The notes under the pieces are model-generated. The model did no database searches. It was given only the letters and a program-made list of their open reading frames with translations, and was not told the DNA's origin. This document shows positions 31,010 to 41,127 of a stretch of DNA of 64,000 nucleotides, piece after piece; position 1 is the first letter of the stretch; each line of letters begins with the position of its first letter. Source of the stretch: an uncultured Gemmatimonadales bacterium (GTDB lineage Bacteria; Gemmatimonadota; Gemmatimonadetes; Gemmatimonadales; Gemmatimonadaceae); contig CAWBZV010000004.1 of the NCBI GenBank assembly GCA_963793305.1, positions 96,001-160,000 on the forward strand. Direction: 5' to 3'. The position numbers and the translations under genes were made by a program.

Positions 31010-31835
31010 GGCCCGACTTCCGGCCGAACCACCCGGCCAGCACCATGCGCCGCAACAACGGCGGCGGCGCGAACCGTGTCTCGCGATACTCGTCGAACAT
31101 GATCTCGGCGATCCGACACGCCGTATCGATCCCCACGAAATCGAGCAGCGTCAGCGGCCCCATCGGATGCCCGGTACCGAGCCGCATCGCGTTGTCGATG
31201 TCGACCGTGGATCCCACGCCTTGCTCCACGGCTCGCACGGCATCGAGCATATACGGCACGAGCAACCGGTTCACGATAAACCCGGACGCGTCTTTCGCAC
31301 GCACGGGTTCTTTGCCCAGTCTCCGGGCAAAGTTGTCGGCCGCTTCAATCGTCGCGAGACTGGTCCCGATGGTCGGGATGACCTCGACGAGCGGCATCAC
31401 CGGCACCGGATTGAAAAAATGGAGCCCGATGAGGCGATCCGGACGGCCGCTGGCGGCCGACATGGCCGCAATGGTCAGACTCGACGTATTCGAAGCAAAA
31501 ATCGTCTCGGGCTTGGCCAGCCGATTGAGCTCGCGCCACAGATGATTCTTGACCTCGAGGTCCTCGACCACGGCCTCGATGACGATCTTCCCGACGGCCG
31601 CCGCCTGGAGATCGGTCCCGAAGGCCAGACGGGCCAACGCGGCCTGGCAATCGTCGTGGCTCAACTTCCCGCGCTCCACGGCGCGCCCCAGCGACTTCTC
31701 GATCGTCTTGCGGGCCCGGTCGGCCAACTCCGACGAGACTTCGCGCACGTACGTGCCGAATCCCGCGCGAGCGGCCACTTCGGCGATGCCGCTCCCCATG
31801 AGCCCACCGCCTAGGACGCCGACGGAATCGATCAT
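30960..31835 (-). CDS. 3-hydroxybutyryl-CoA dehydrogenase
   Basis: GGGLMGSG, ASNTSS, GLHFFNP, GFIVNR and HPMGPL. Confidence 0.93.
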   Translation of the reverse strand: MIDSVGVLGGGLMGSGIAEVAARAGFGTYVREVSSELADRARKTIEKSLGRAVERGKLSHDDCQAALARLAFGTDLQAAAVGKIVIEAVVEDLEVKNHLWRELNRLAKPETIFASNTSSLTIAAMSAASGRPDRLIGLHFFNPVPVMPLVEVIPTIGTSLATIEAADNFARRLGKEPVRAKDASGFIVNRLLVPYMLDAVRAVEQGVGSTVDIDNAMRLGTGHPMGPLTLLDFVGIDTACRIAEIMFDEYRETRFAPPPLLRRMVLAGWFGRKSGRGFYDYTVDPPTPTAL

Positions 31836-32626
31836 CGGCGGATGTCTCCATGTTCGAGGCGATCGAGCACTTGCTCGAGCGCCAGTTGCGTACGCTCCAC
31901 CGTCTCGCGGTGGCGCCGAGCCAGCGCGTATCCGCCGGCGAGTCCGGCCACGACGGGTACGGCGGCGATGGGAAAGATCGCGAGAACAGCGAAATGGGCA
32001 ATCGACGCGAGGCCGGCCACGACGCCACCGCTCACCACGCCGCCCACGGCCACGCCGGCGCCCTGCTCCAGTCGCTCATTCCGCGTCCGCGACACGTCGG
32101 CATCGAGTCGCACCGTCACGCGCTGCTCGTCGACCGGGATGACCGTGGCCGCGATCTCACTCGCGTGCTGCAGATCGAATCGCCAGCCGCCAATGCGACG
32201 GAACATCGCCCAGAAATCGCGCCGTGGCTCCCACGTCCATCGCTCGGCGTACCGGCGCTTGATGGCAAGGCTTTCCTCGCGGGTCAGCGTCGCATTGAGC
32301 GCCTCGAGCACCGACGCGGGCGTCCCCGCGACCGTTCGACTCGCCGACGCCCAGCCGGCGCCCGCGACCTGCGCGCGAAGGCCCCGCTCCGTCGGAACGC
32401 CTATGCGCGTCCGCTCCTCGGCGATCGCCTGGCGAAGGTGCATGACCGACAGTCCCACCTCGGCGCCGGCGGCGATGACTTGATCGTCGGAGAGCACATC
32501 CGGCGCATCGTCGGCACTGATCGACAGGTTCTGGAGCTGGGCCGCCCGGGCGAGTACGCGCTCGACCGCCGCTCGGTCTAACGCATTGCTCGGGGGTACC
32601 ACCGGGACTGGGAGATCAGAGGCCAT
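31832..32626 (-). CDS. Hypothetical membrane protein
   Basis: ATG start, operonic overlap and two C-terminal TM helices. Confidence 0.7.
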   Translation of the reverse strand: MASDLPVPVVPPSNALDRAAVERVLARAAQLQNLSISADDAPDVLSDDQVIAAGAEVGLSVMHLRQAIAEERTRIGVPTERGLRAQVAGAGWASASRTVAGTPASVLEALNATLTREESLAIKRRYAERWTWEPRRDFWAMFRRIGGWRFDLQHASEIAATVIPVDEQRVTVRLDADVSRTRNERLEQGAGVAVGGVVSGGVVAGLASIAHFAVLAIFPIAAVPVVAGLAGGYALARRHRETVERTQLALEQVLDRLEHGDIRR

Positions 32627-32643
32627 CGTATTCGAAAAGTAGC

Positions 32644-33703
32644 CTATTTCATCTCCAGATCGATCTGGTGACTCAGCGCGTCCCGTATCGCATCAGGGAG
32701 GGGAAACGCCGCGGCCAGGTCGGTCCCCGCCTTCGACGTCCGCAGGTAATAGCGGGCGTAGCCGTCAGCCAGCTCGGGCGCGGCCTTCGTGAGCAGCATA
32801 TACCCGCCGCGAATGCTGAGCGCCTCCGTGTACTGCTCACCGAACCCGTTCCGGCGCTGGGAAATTGTCGTGGCCGCGGCGAGCGCATCGTCGCCGACGG
32901 CCCGCGCCGCGACGTGCGCGAAGACGTAGATCACCTGCGCGGCGTCGGCGACGCTGTCCGGGAACGGCGCGGCCAGCGACGTGCGGCCGTTCGGCTCCTT
33001 GTACGTCACACCGGCGCCATCGACCGGGAGTGACAGGATGATCTCGCCCGTCGGCTGGTGCGTTGCCGCGAGGAAGTGATCGAGCTTGGGCTCGGTGAGA
33101 CGCCACAGCGAGTCCGCCGCCGCGAGCACCGGCCGGCGTCGCCGTTCCTCGGCCACCCACCAGCCGTGATAAAACTGCGTCCGCGCGCCGTCGAGGCCGT
33201 GCGAAAAGTTGAGCAGGAATTCCCGGTCGAACATCGACGAGAAGTAGTCGGCCAGATGCGTCTCGAACGTCGGGTATGACGGTCTTCTTGCTCTTCTTCG
33301 AGTCCGTCGGCGGGTGCAAGTAGAAATCGATGGCCGACTGCATCTCATCCCACGTCCCGGCATCGAGCGCCAGCGCGCGGGCCTCGGCCAGCTTTGGCGT
33401 CTGGTCCCAGCGGGCCTGCAGGCCATCGTGCACCGAGTCGAGCGCGGTCAGGACACTCTGCTGATTCTGGGCCAGCGAGAGTTGGTCCAGATAATCGCGA
33501 CGGTAGACCGGGACCTTGGCCGTCGTATCCTCGCTCAGCTCGGCGAAACCCGTCAGCCAGAGGTCGACGTGCTCTCTCGTCTTTATGGGCCATTGTGCGT
33601 GGACCCGGCTGGACAAGCCAGCCGTGCCCACGCACATGGCCAATCCTATTAGGAGGTCGCGCCCGCAGGCGCGCCCTGGACTACCCGGCTTTCGCGCCTT
33701 CAC
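32644..33703 (-). CDS. Hypothetical exported protein (frameshift near 33280)
   Basis: GTG overlaps the thiolase TGA; signal-like N-terminus, then [12 protein letters not shown]; continues in ORF 32644-33426 ([12 protein letters not shown]...). Confidence 0.6.
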
Positions 33704-34858
33704 GACAGTGCTTCTATCACGACCGCGATGCCTTGGCCGCCGCCAATGCAGGCGGCGCCGAGTCCCCATCGCTTTCCGGCGCGGCGAAGCGCGTAGATGA
33801 GAATGGGTGGTGATCCGCGCGCCGGACGCCGCGAGCGGATGGCTCAGGGCAATGGCTCCGCCGTGCACATTGAGCTTCTCACGCGGGATCTGGAGCTCGC
33901 GCTCGACCGCGCACGTCTGCGCGGCGAAGGCCTCGTTGATCTCGATGAGATCTATGTCGCTCAGCGATCGCCCAGCCCGTTTGAGCGCAATTTGCGCAGC
34001 AGGCACGGGACCGATGCCCATAATCGTGGGATCGACACCAGCGAGTCCCCATGAGACCAGCCGGGCAAGCGGCTTGAGCCCGCGCGATTTGGCGAACATG
34101 TCAGACGCAATGACCAGTGCCGCCGCACCATCGCCGATACCCGACGCGTTGCCCGCGGTGACGACGCCACCCTCTCGAAACACCGGCTTGAGCTTGCCGA
34201 GCCCTTCGAGCGTCGTATCCGGCCGCGGGTGCTCGTCCTTGTCGAACGCCTTGCCTTTCACAGGCACCGGCACGATCTCGTCGGCGAACGACGCCGCCGC
34301 CGTCAGCTGCTGCGACCTGAGCGCGAACTCGTCCGCGCATCCCCGGTCGAGCTTATAGCGCGTCGCCAGGTTCTCGGCCGTCTCCCCCATCGAGCACCCG
34401 GCGTACGCATCCGTCAGCGACTCCCACAGCGAGTCGGCCAGCACAGGTGACGTTCCCAGTCTCGTGCCCCATCTCAGACCGCGCGCCATGTGCGGCGCTT
34501 GCGACATCGACTCGCCGCCGCCGACGAGACAGACATCGGCATGTCCCAGCAGGATCTCCTCGGCGCCGCTGATGACGGCCTGAAATCCCGATCCGCACAG
34601 TCGATTGACCGTGAGCGCCGGGGTCTCGATCGGAGCGCCGCTCTTGAGGGCGACATGCCGCGCGAAGTACGGGCTGTCGGCGGTCGTCGGGATGACGTTG
34701 CCGAAGATCGCCTGCGAAATATCAGTCGGCGCCACGCCTGACCGTTGTATCGCCGCTTTGGCCGCGACGACGGTGAAATCGACTGCAGTGGTGTCTTTGA
34801 GAGCGCCGCCGAATGTCCCGAAGGGCGTGCGCGCCCCCGAGAGAAACACGATATCCAT
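33700..34858 (-). CDS. Acetyl-CoA C-acyltransferase (thiolase); frameshift near 33803
   Basis: NRLCGSG, EINEAF and GGAIALSHP; removing one base gives [34 protein letters not shown]. Confidence 0.93.
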
Positions 34859-34875
34859 AGCCGAGAAAACTAGCC

Positions 34876-34965
34876 GCCGCTCCGCGGCTCGTCGACGCAA
34901 CGCTCGCTGCGCTTCGCGTTGCTCGACTGGTCGGTTGGACAGAGCTCGAAACTACGCCGAGCTCT
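34876..34965 (-). repeat. AACCGACCAG multi-hairpin element, copy C
   Basis: + strand reads GCCGC-TCC-GCGGC, GTCGA-C-GCAACGC...GCGTTGC-TCGAC, TGGTCGGTTGGAC, AGAGCTCG...CGAGCTCT. Confidence 0.8.
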
Positions 34966-35596
34966 CGAGATCGCTCTCCACGAGATCCGAGGCCTGCGTC
35001 TCGACCTCCCGTCCACACACGGGGCAGAAGCTCCAGTCGACCTCGAGCTCGGCGCTGCAGGCGGGACAGAGTTTCACGGTGACGTTCTGCCCACAGTATG
35101 GACAGAAGGTGATGCGACGCCCGTCAGGCAGCGCACCCCCGCAAAACGCGCAGGGCCCGCAGGCGAGAATGGTCGTCGGCGCCGTCGCGCGCGGCGATGC
35201 GACCGGCGAGACGGTCGGCGTGATCGGCCGCCCCGAACGCCGCATGGTCTCGTCGAGCCGCGTCACGGCCTCGGCCGAGATCTCGATGAGCGACGCGGCG
35301 TAGTTGCGATAGCTGATCTTGGATGTGCCGTTGGACGAACCCTTAAGCGCCTGCTGCATCGCGGCATCGCCGGATACGTATTCGCGTTCCCCAGCGAGGA
35401 GCCGGGTCAGCGCGAGCTCGTAGTCATCGTGCATCTCGATGCCGAGCTCATTGCGGTTCGTGCGGTACGGCACGACGCTCTGATAGACCTCGGCGACCGG
35501 AAAGGGGCTCGTCAGGTACTGCGGATATTCGGCGCGGATATTGACGACCAGCCGTCGAAAGAGGCGGTCGAGATCATCCTCAATGTTTTTTTGCAT
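34952..35596 (-). CDS. Double zinc ribbon domain protein
   Basis: CAFC, CPYC, CPAC and CPVC. Confidence 0.8.
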   Translation of the reverse strand: MQKNIEDDLDRLFRRLVVNIRAEYPQYLTSPFPVAEVYQSVVPYRTNRNELGIEMHDDYELALTRLLAGEREYVSGDAAMQQALKGSSNGTSKISYRNYAASLIEISAEAVTRLDETMRRSGRPITPTVSPVASPRATAPTTILACGPCAFCGGALPDGRRITFCPYCGQNVTVKLCPACSAELEVDWSFCPVCGREVETQASDLVESDLESSA

Positions 35597-35771
35597 CGTC
35601 GATCTTTTCCATCTGCGCGTCGACGTCGGTCTTCACGTTGTCGCGGTTATTCCCGCCCACCCGCATGACCAGCCGCGCGACCACGTTCTCGTCGTTTTGT
35701 TTCGCATCCTGAAACCCGAGCCCGTACCCGACGCAGACGCCGATTACGAGCAGGATGACGTATTTCAGCAT
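35580..35771 (-). CDS. Small hypothetical membrane-anchored protein (63 aa)
   Basis: N-terminal TM helix; fills the operonic gap below rnhA. Confidence 0.7.
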   Translation of the reverse strand: MLKYVILLVIGVCVGYGLGFQDAKQNDENVVARLVMRVGGNNRDNVKTDVDAQMEKIDDAKKH

Positions 35772-35774
35772 ACC

Positions 35775-36374
35775 CTAGCGACGCGGCAACTCGCGCGAGG
35801 CAACGAACGCCGTCGCGTCCGGAAACTCCGCCAGCGGCCGTAACTTTCGTTGCGTACCCAACCAGGCATCGAACCCCGACGGCACAATTCCTTGGGACGC
35901 CGATTGATCGGCCGCGGCGCGCGTCGCGAGATGATTCGCGTACTCGTTCTGCGGATGGCCATTGTGCCCTCTCACCCATCTCCAGGCGACGTCGTGTCGC
36001 CCGTCGCACACGGCCTCGATCGCGTCGAACCAGAGGTCCAAATTTTCTATCGGGCCGCCTTTCCGCGTCCAGTCTCGTTCGGCCCAGCCGAACACCCACG
36101 ATGTCAATCCATCGATGAGATATCGCGAGTCGCTCGTAAAGACGACGCGAGCAGGTTTCGAGAGCAGTTGAAAGGTTTCGATGACGGAGCGCAGCGCCAT
36201 GCGATTGTTGGTCGTCGCCGGCTCGGAGACCCACACATCGCGGCGCTCGAGAGCGCCTGACTTCCGACGATACTCGAGGAGCGCCCCGGCGCCCCCGGGG
36301 TTATCCCCCTCCTTTCCGTTGCCCAGGCACGATTCGTCCGCGTAGATCGCGACGAGGGGCTCAGCGGACGACAT
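35775..36374 (-). CDS. rnhA: Ribonuclease HI
   Basis: IYADESCLGN...NPGG, TTNNRMAL, SDSRY, NLDLW and WVRGHNGHPQNE. Confidence 0.9.
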   Translation of the reverse strand: MSSAEPLVAIYADESCLGNGKEGDNPGGAGALLEYRRKSGALERRDVWVSEPATTNNRMALRSVIETFQLLSKPARVVFTSDSRYLIDGLTSWVFGWAERDWTRKGGPIENLDLWFDAIEAVCDGRHDVAWRWVRGHNGHPQNEYANHLATRAAADQSASQGIVPSGFDAWLGTQRKLRPLAEFPDATAFVASRELPRR

Positions 36375-36579
36375 CTATAGAATCGACCTCGTCGATGAAG
36401 AGCGTGATGCGTTCGCCGGTCGTGGGATGACGGGCTTCTATGGATTCGCGGCCGCCGGTGAGGACGAGCCGCGTCGGGACGACGATGAATTCGGTGCCCC
36501 GTCGATACACGACGATCCGCGTGCCATTCGCGATCGCCCGCTCCAGCGCATCATATTGAACGTGAGTAAGCTCGGCCAT
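36361..36579 (-). CDS. Small hypothetical protein (72 aa)
   Basis: ATG ORF with normal composition heading the minus-strand operon. Confidence 0.7.
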   Translation of the reverse strand: MAELTHVQYDALERAIANGTRIVVYRRGTEFIVVPTRLVLTGGRESIEARHPTTGERITLFIDEVDSIDVVR

Positions 36580-36625
36580 TTGCCCTATAACCTAGTGCGG
36601 CACGCGTGTTGCGCGTTACCGATCC

Positions 36626-38125
36626 ATGGCTGACGCCGCCGCCGCGTTCTCGGGCCTGACGCTGATCCTGCTCTCGAACCGGGAGCCGTATGAACACGTC
36701 TCCCGACGCGGGGAGATCGAAACGCGCTACCCGCCTGGCGGGCTCGTGAGTGCGCTCGACCCCACGCTGCGCCGGACCGACGGTGTCTGGATCGCGTGGG
36801 GCTCGGGCTCGGCCGATCGCGTCACCGCCAATGCGTGGGGCCGACTGCAGGTCCCACCGCCGCCGGACGATCCCGCCTATACGCTGCGCCGGGTGTGGCT
36901 CGACGAGGCGGACGTCGAAGGCTATTACCTCGGATTCGCGAACAGCGTGCTCTGGCCGCTGTGTCATCTGCTGGTCCAACATTATCAATTTCGCGCCGAC
37001 CAGTGGGAACGGTATCGCTCGGTCAATATGCGATTCGCGGATGCGGTGCTCGAAGAAGCCCGGCGTGTTGGCGGCCAACCCATCATTTGGATCCAAGACT
37101 ATCATTTCGCGCTCGTTGCCGATCAGGTGCGCTCCAACGCGCCGGAACTCTTCATTCATCAATTCTGGCACATCCCGTTCCCGCCGTCGGAAATCTTGCA
37201 TCTGCTCCCATACGGCGCATACGAGGCCATTCTCCGCGGACTCGTCGGGAACGATCTGCTGGGCTTCCACACCGAGCGATACGCGCAGAACTTCCTGAAC
37301 TGTGTCGCGGATCTCTTGCCAGGAGCGACCGTCGATAGAGAGGCGCGTACGGTCTGCTACGAGGGCCGGACCATGGCCGTCGGCGCCTTCCCGATCAGCA
37401 TCAACGTCGAGCGCTTCGAGCAGCTGAGCGAGGCGCGCAACGTCGCGGCCCATGCGCAGGAGTTGCGTCGTCAGTATGCGACCGGTGGCAAGCAGCTTGG
37501 GGTGAGCGTCGACCGGATCGATTACACGAAGGGCATCCTCGAGCGTCTCCGGGCGCTCGATCTCCTGTGGCAGGAATCGCCGGAGCTTCGCGATCGCTTT
37601 ACGATGCTCCTGGTCGCGACGCCGTCGCGATCCGAGCTCGCGCCCTATTGTGCGCTCCAGGCCGAGACCGTGAGTCTGGTCGACGCGATCAATCGCCGGT
37701 TCGCGACGCCGGGCTGGACACCGATCGTTCTCGTGACGAAGAACGCCGACGCGACCGAGCTCGCCGCCACATATCGGGCCGCGGATCTCTGTCTCGTCTC
37801 GTCGCTCCAGGATGGGATGAACCTCGTGGCGAAAGAATTCATCGCCTGTCAGGCCGACGAGCAAGGCGTGCTCGTCTTGAGCCGGTTTACCGGAGCGGCC
37901 GAGGAGATCAATGACGCCGTGCTCGTCAATCCGTTCAACATCGACGGCTTCGCGGCCGGGATCCGGCGGGCGCTGGAGATGCCGATCGAGGAGCGCCAGC
38001 GGCGCATGCACGCGATGCGGGAGCGCCTGCGCCACGCCACGATCTTCGACTGGCTCCAGTCGATCACCGACCGGGTGCAGGCGTTGATCGCCGCCGGACC
38101 GGACTGCGTTACGCGGTCTCCGTGA
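36626..38125 (+). CDS. otsA: Trehalose-6-phosphate synthase
   Basis: SNREP, GGLV, WIQDYH, HIPFP, VDRIDYTKG and DGMNLVAKE. Confidence 0.95.
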   Translation: MADAAAAFSGLTLILLSNREPYEHVSRRGEIETRYPPGGLVSALDPTLRRTDGVWIAWGSGSADRVTANAWGRLQVPPPPDDPAYTLRRVWLDEADVEGYYLGFANSVLWPLCHLLVQHYQFRADQWERYRSVNMRFADAVLEEARRVGGQPIIWIQDYHFALVADQVRSNAPELFIHQFWHIPFPPSEILHLLPYGAYEAILRGLVGNDLLGFHTERYAQNFLNCVADLLPGATVDREARTVCYEGRTMAVGAFPISINVERFEQLSEARNVAAHAQELRRQYATGGKQLGVSVDRIDYTKGILERLRALDLLWQESPELRDRFTMLLVATPSRSELAPYCALQAETVSLVDAINRRFATPGWTPIVLVTKNADATELAATYRAADLCLVSSLQDGMNLVAKEFIACQADEQGVLVLSRFTGAAEEINDAVLVNPFNIDGFAAGIRRALEMPIEERQRRMHAMRERLRHATIFDWLQSITDRVQALIAAGPDCVTRSP

Positions 38126-38892
38126 ACGTTGATCGAGACGCGATCGCCTCGCGTCTGTCCGGTACGCCGCTCGTCCTCCTCCTCGACATCGACGGCACGA
38201 TCTCGGCCATCGCGCCACGGCCAGTGGACGCCACTGTACTGCCCATGGCCCTCGACGCGCTCAGGTCACTGGTGCGGGCCGATGGCGTTGTTGTCGGGCT
38301 CGTCTCCGGACGAATGGCGGACAATGTTCGCCGGATGGTACGAATCGAACCGGCGTGGGTGATCGGCAATCACGGCGCCGAGATCGTCTCGCCGGACGGG
38401 CAGGAAACGGTCGAGCCGAGTGTTGCCTCGTTCGAGGGGGTCGTCGCCGCCGCGCGCCGATCACTCGAAGCGAGCGGCGTCGCGGTCGAAAACAAGCGGT
38501 GGACCCTGACGGCGCACTATCGAAACGCAGACCCGGAGCGGATCCCGGTGATCAGCGACATTGTCTCGCGCGTGGCGGCCGAGCATGGGCTAGTCGTGGT
38601 AGCCGGGAAAAAAGTCCTGGAGCTGCGACCGCCCGTGACCGTCAACAAGGGAACGGCAGTTGTCGCACTGGCTGATCACGTCGGAGGTTTCAGGTCTGGG
38701 GCATCGATCCTCTATGCGGGAGATGACGCAACCGACGAGGATGCGTTCATCGCGCTGCGTTCGCGCGACCCACGCCCCGTGACGTTGCACGTCGCTGGCG
38801 AGGGATCGCAGCAGACGTGTGCGGAGTATATCGTAGCGGACCCAATGGAGATGGGCAGCGTGCTGGCGTGGCTGGCGGAGTTGCGCGGATGA
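38122..38892 (+). CDS. otsB: Trehalose-6-phosphate phosphatase
   Basis: LDIDGT, GNHGAE, ELRP..NKG and GDDATDEDAF. Confidence 0.93.
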   Translation: MNVDRDAIASRLSGTPLVLLLDIDGTISAIAPRPVDATVLPMALDALRSLVRADGVVVGLVSGRMADNVRRMVRIEPAWVIGNHGAEIVSPDGQETVEPSVASFEGVVAAARRSLEASGVAVENKRWTLTAHYRNADPERIPVISDIVSRVAAEHGLVVVAGKKVLELRPPVTVNKGTAVVALADHVGGFRSGASILYAGDDATDEDAFIALRSRDPRPVTLHVAGEGSQQTCAEYIVADPMEMGSVLAWLAELRG

Positions 38893-40751
38893 CGACGTTC
38901 ACCGGCCGATACGCGGCGATATCCGATTACGGCATCATCGGCGACCTGCACACGGCCGCCCTCATCTGCCGATCGGGGTCCCTCGACTGGTGCTGCTTTC
39001 CCGCGTTCGACTCGCCGTCGGTGTTCGGCGCGATCCTCGACGCCGAGCGTGGCGGGCATTTCGCGATTCGTCCGGTCGGCCAGTACACGGTCGAGCAGCG
39101 CTATCTCCCGGCGACCAGCGTGTTGGTCACGAATTTTCATACCCCGGACGGCGGCATCGTCGAGATGACCGACTTCATGCCGATCGCGCCGAGTGGGGCG
39201 GCGCGGCCGTTTGCCGAGATCCACCGGGGCGTCACCTGCGTGCGGGGCGAGGTGGAGATCGAGATCCGGTTTGCGCCGCGGTTCAACTACGGCGCGGGCG
39301 CGTCCTACGTGAATCCGCGGCGGCACGGGGTCCTGGCGACCGACGCCGAGGACAAGGTGCTGACGTTGGCGGCGCCACAGGAGCTCTGGTGGCAGTTGGA
39401 CAACGGCTCGGCGAGCGCGACGATCAAGCTGGTCGCCAGCGAGTCGACCTGGTTCGTCCTGCGATTCGACGACGACGAGGTTCGGGCCGTCGGGTCCTAC
39501 GAGTCGGAGCGTCGGTTGGCCGACACCGTCTCATTCTGGCGCGAATGGGTCGGGCGCATCACGTACGACGGCCCCTATCGCGCCGCCGTCGAGCGGTCGG
39601 CGCTGACCCTCAAGCTCCTCTGCTACGAGCCGACGGGCGCGATCGTCGCGGCTCCGACGACCTCGCTGCCCGAGGAGATCGGCGGGGTCCGGAACTGGGA
39701 CTATCGCTTCACCTGGATCCGGGACTCGGCCTTCGTGCTCTACTCGCTCAGCATCCTCGGGCACTCCGAGGAGGCCGACCGTTTCATGTCGTTCTTGAAG
39801 CGCGTGGCGCGGAAAACGACCGATACGCACCTGCAGATCATGTACGGGATCGACGGTCGGCGAAAGCTGACCGAGGAGGTCCTGGCCAACCTGGAGGGCT
39901 ACCGCGGCTCGGCCCCGGTTCGCGTCGGCAACGCGGCCTATGCGCAACTCCAGCTCGACGTCTATGGCGAGCTTCTCGAGACGGCGTTCCTCTGGAGCCG
40001 CAGCAACGAGGTCAGCGAAGGGACCTGGGTGACGCTCGAGCGCCTCGTGAGCTGGGTGGCCGCCAACTGGCGGCAGCCCGATAGCGGCATCTGGGAGGTG
40101 CGCGACACGCTCCAGCATTACGTCATGAGCAAGGTCATGTGCTGGGTGGCGCTCGATCGTGGCATCCGTATGGCGAAGGAGTTCTCGCTGCCCGCTCCCA
40201 TCGAGCAATGGGAGGTCGAGCGGGACGCCATCCATGCCGACGTCATGGAGCATGGGTGGAGCGAGGAGAAGCAGAGTTTCGTCCAATACTACGGGACGGA
40301 CGCGCTCGACTCCTCGAATCTCGTCATTCCCATGATGGGATTCTTGCCGCGCAACCACCCGCGCGTGGTCGGCACGGTCAAGGCGGTCCTCCGCGAGCTG
40401 ACGTGCTGCGACGACGAGATGTGCTATCGCTATCGGAACGACGACGGCCTTCCGGGCGACGAGGGCGTCTTCTCGATCTGCACATTCTGGCTAGCCGAGG
40501 CCCTGGCCCTCTCGGGAGAGCGCGAGCACGCCGAGCGGATCTTCAAGCGCATGCTGGGCCACGCGAACCACCTCGGTCTCTACAGCGAGGAGCTGAACCC
40601 TCGCACGGGCGAGTTCCTCGGCAACTTCCCACAGGCGTTCACGCATATCGCGCTGATCAACTGCGCGCACGTGCTCGACGTGCTGGCCGAGCAGGACCGC
40701 CGGTCGTCCGGGTCGACACCGGTGGTGTTGGACGAGCCGGTCCTGCGATAA
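38889..40751 (+). CDS. Glycoside hydrolase family 15 (trehalase/glucoamylase-like)
   Basis: AAPTTSLPE, RNWDYRFTWIRD, QLDVYGE, GIWEVR and LGNFPQAFTH. Confidence 0.93.
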   Translation: MTTFTGRYAAISDYGIIGDLHTAALICRSGSLDWCCFPAFDSPSVFGAILDAERGGHFAIRPVGQYTVEQRYLPATSVLVTNFHTPDGGIVEMTDFMPIAPSGAARPFAEIHRGVTCVRGEVEIEIRFAPRFNYGAGASYVNPRRHGVLATDAEDKVLTLAAPQELWWQLDNGSASATIKLVASESTWFVLRFDDDEVRAVGSYESERRLADTVSFWREWVGRITYDGPYRAAVERSALTLKLLCYEPTGAIVAAPTTSLPEEIGGVRNWDYRFTWIRDSAFVLYSLSILGHSEEADRFMSFLKRVARKTTDTHLQIMYGIDGRRKLTEEVLANLEGYRGSAPVRVGNAAYAQLQLDVYGELLETAFLWSRSNEVSEGTWVTLERLVSWVAANWRQPDSGIWEVRDTLQHYVMSKVMCWVALDRGIRMAKEFSLPAPIEQWEVERDAIHADVMEHGWSEEKQSFVQYYGTDALDSSNLVIPMMGFLPRNHPRVVGTVKAVLRELTCCDDEMCYRYRNDDGLPGDEGVFSICTFWLAEALALSGEREHAERIFKRMLGHANHLGLYSEELNPRTGEFLGNFPQAFTHIALINCAHVLDVLAEQDRRSSGSTPVVLDEPVLR

Positions 40752-40845
40752 CCATCACAATTCGCATCGATCAACCGCGGATTTTTGCCCTTAATACCAC
40801 GCTCTCGCGCCGCATATAATGCGGGTTCACCGCCGGGGGCGCTTT

Positions 40846-41040
40846 ATGAAGGCAGACGAAAAATGGGCTCACGGTATGCGGCGCGTCTCCGAACGACGAC
40901 AGAGGGACCTCGCGGCCCTGGCGGCGTTGCCGGATGACGCGATAGACCTTTCGGATGCACCTGAACTGGACACTTGGGACAGGCCGATCGTGGGGCGATT
41001 CTACCCTCGAGTCAAGAAGATTGCAGGCGCGCGTTTGCCA
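40846..41040 (+). pseudogene. BrnA-like antitoxin relic (N-terminal half only)
   Basis: LAALPDDAIDLSDAPEL...GRFYPRVKK..ARL; the ribbon-helix-helix end is absent; TATAAT at 40815-40820. Confidence 0.6.
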
Positions 41041-41087
41041 GCGATGTCGCGCGCACGACAACGACTCTGTCGTCGGACATCTCCGGA

Positions 41088-41096
41088 TGGTAGAAT
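41088..41096 (+). promoter_or_regulatory. Putative extended -10 promoter of the cassette
   Basis: TGGTAGAAT about 30 nt upstream of ATG 41128. Confidence 0.45.
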
Positions 41097-41127
41097 TCGC
41101 CCATTCCCAGGCAAATCGGCAGCGCTA

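Noticed and set aside
32837..34900. 687-aa thiolase fusion in the ORF track
   Set aside because: A +1 frameshift near 33803 joins thiolase to the next gene; the true thiolase C-terminus (CIGGGQG) is in another frame.
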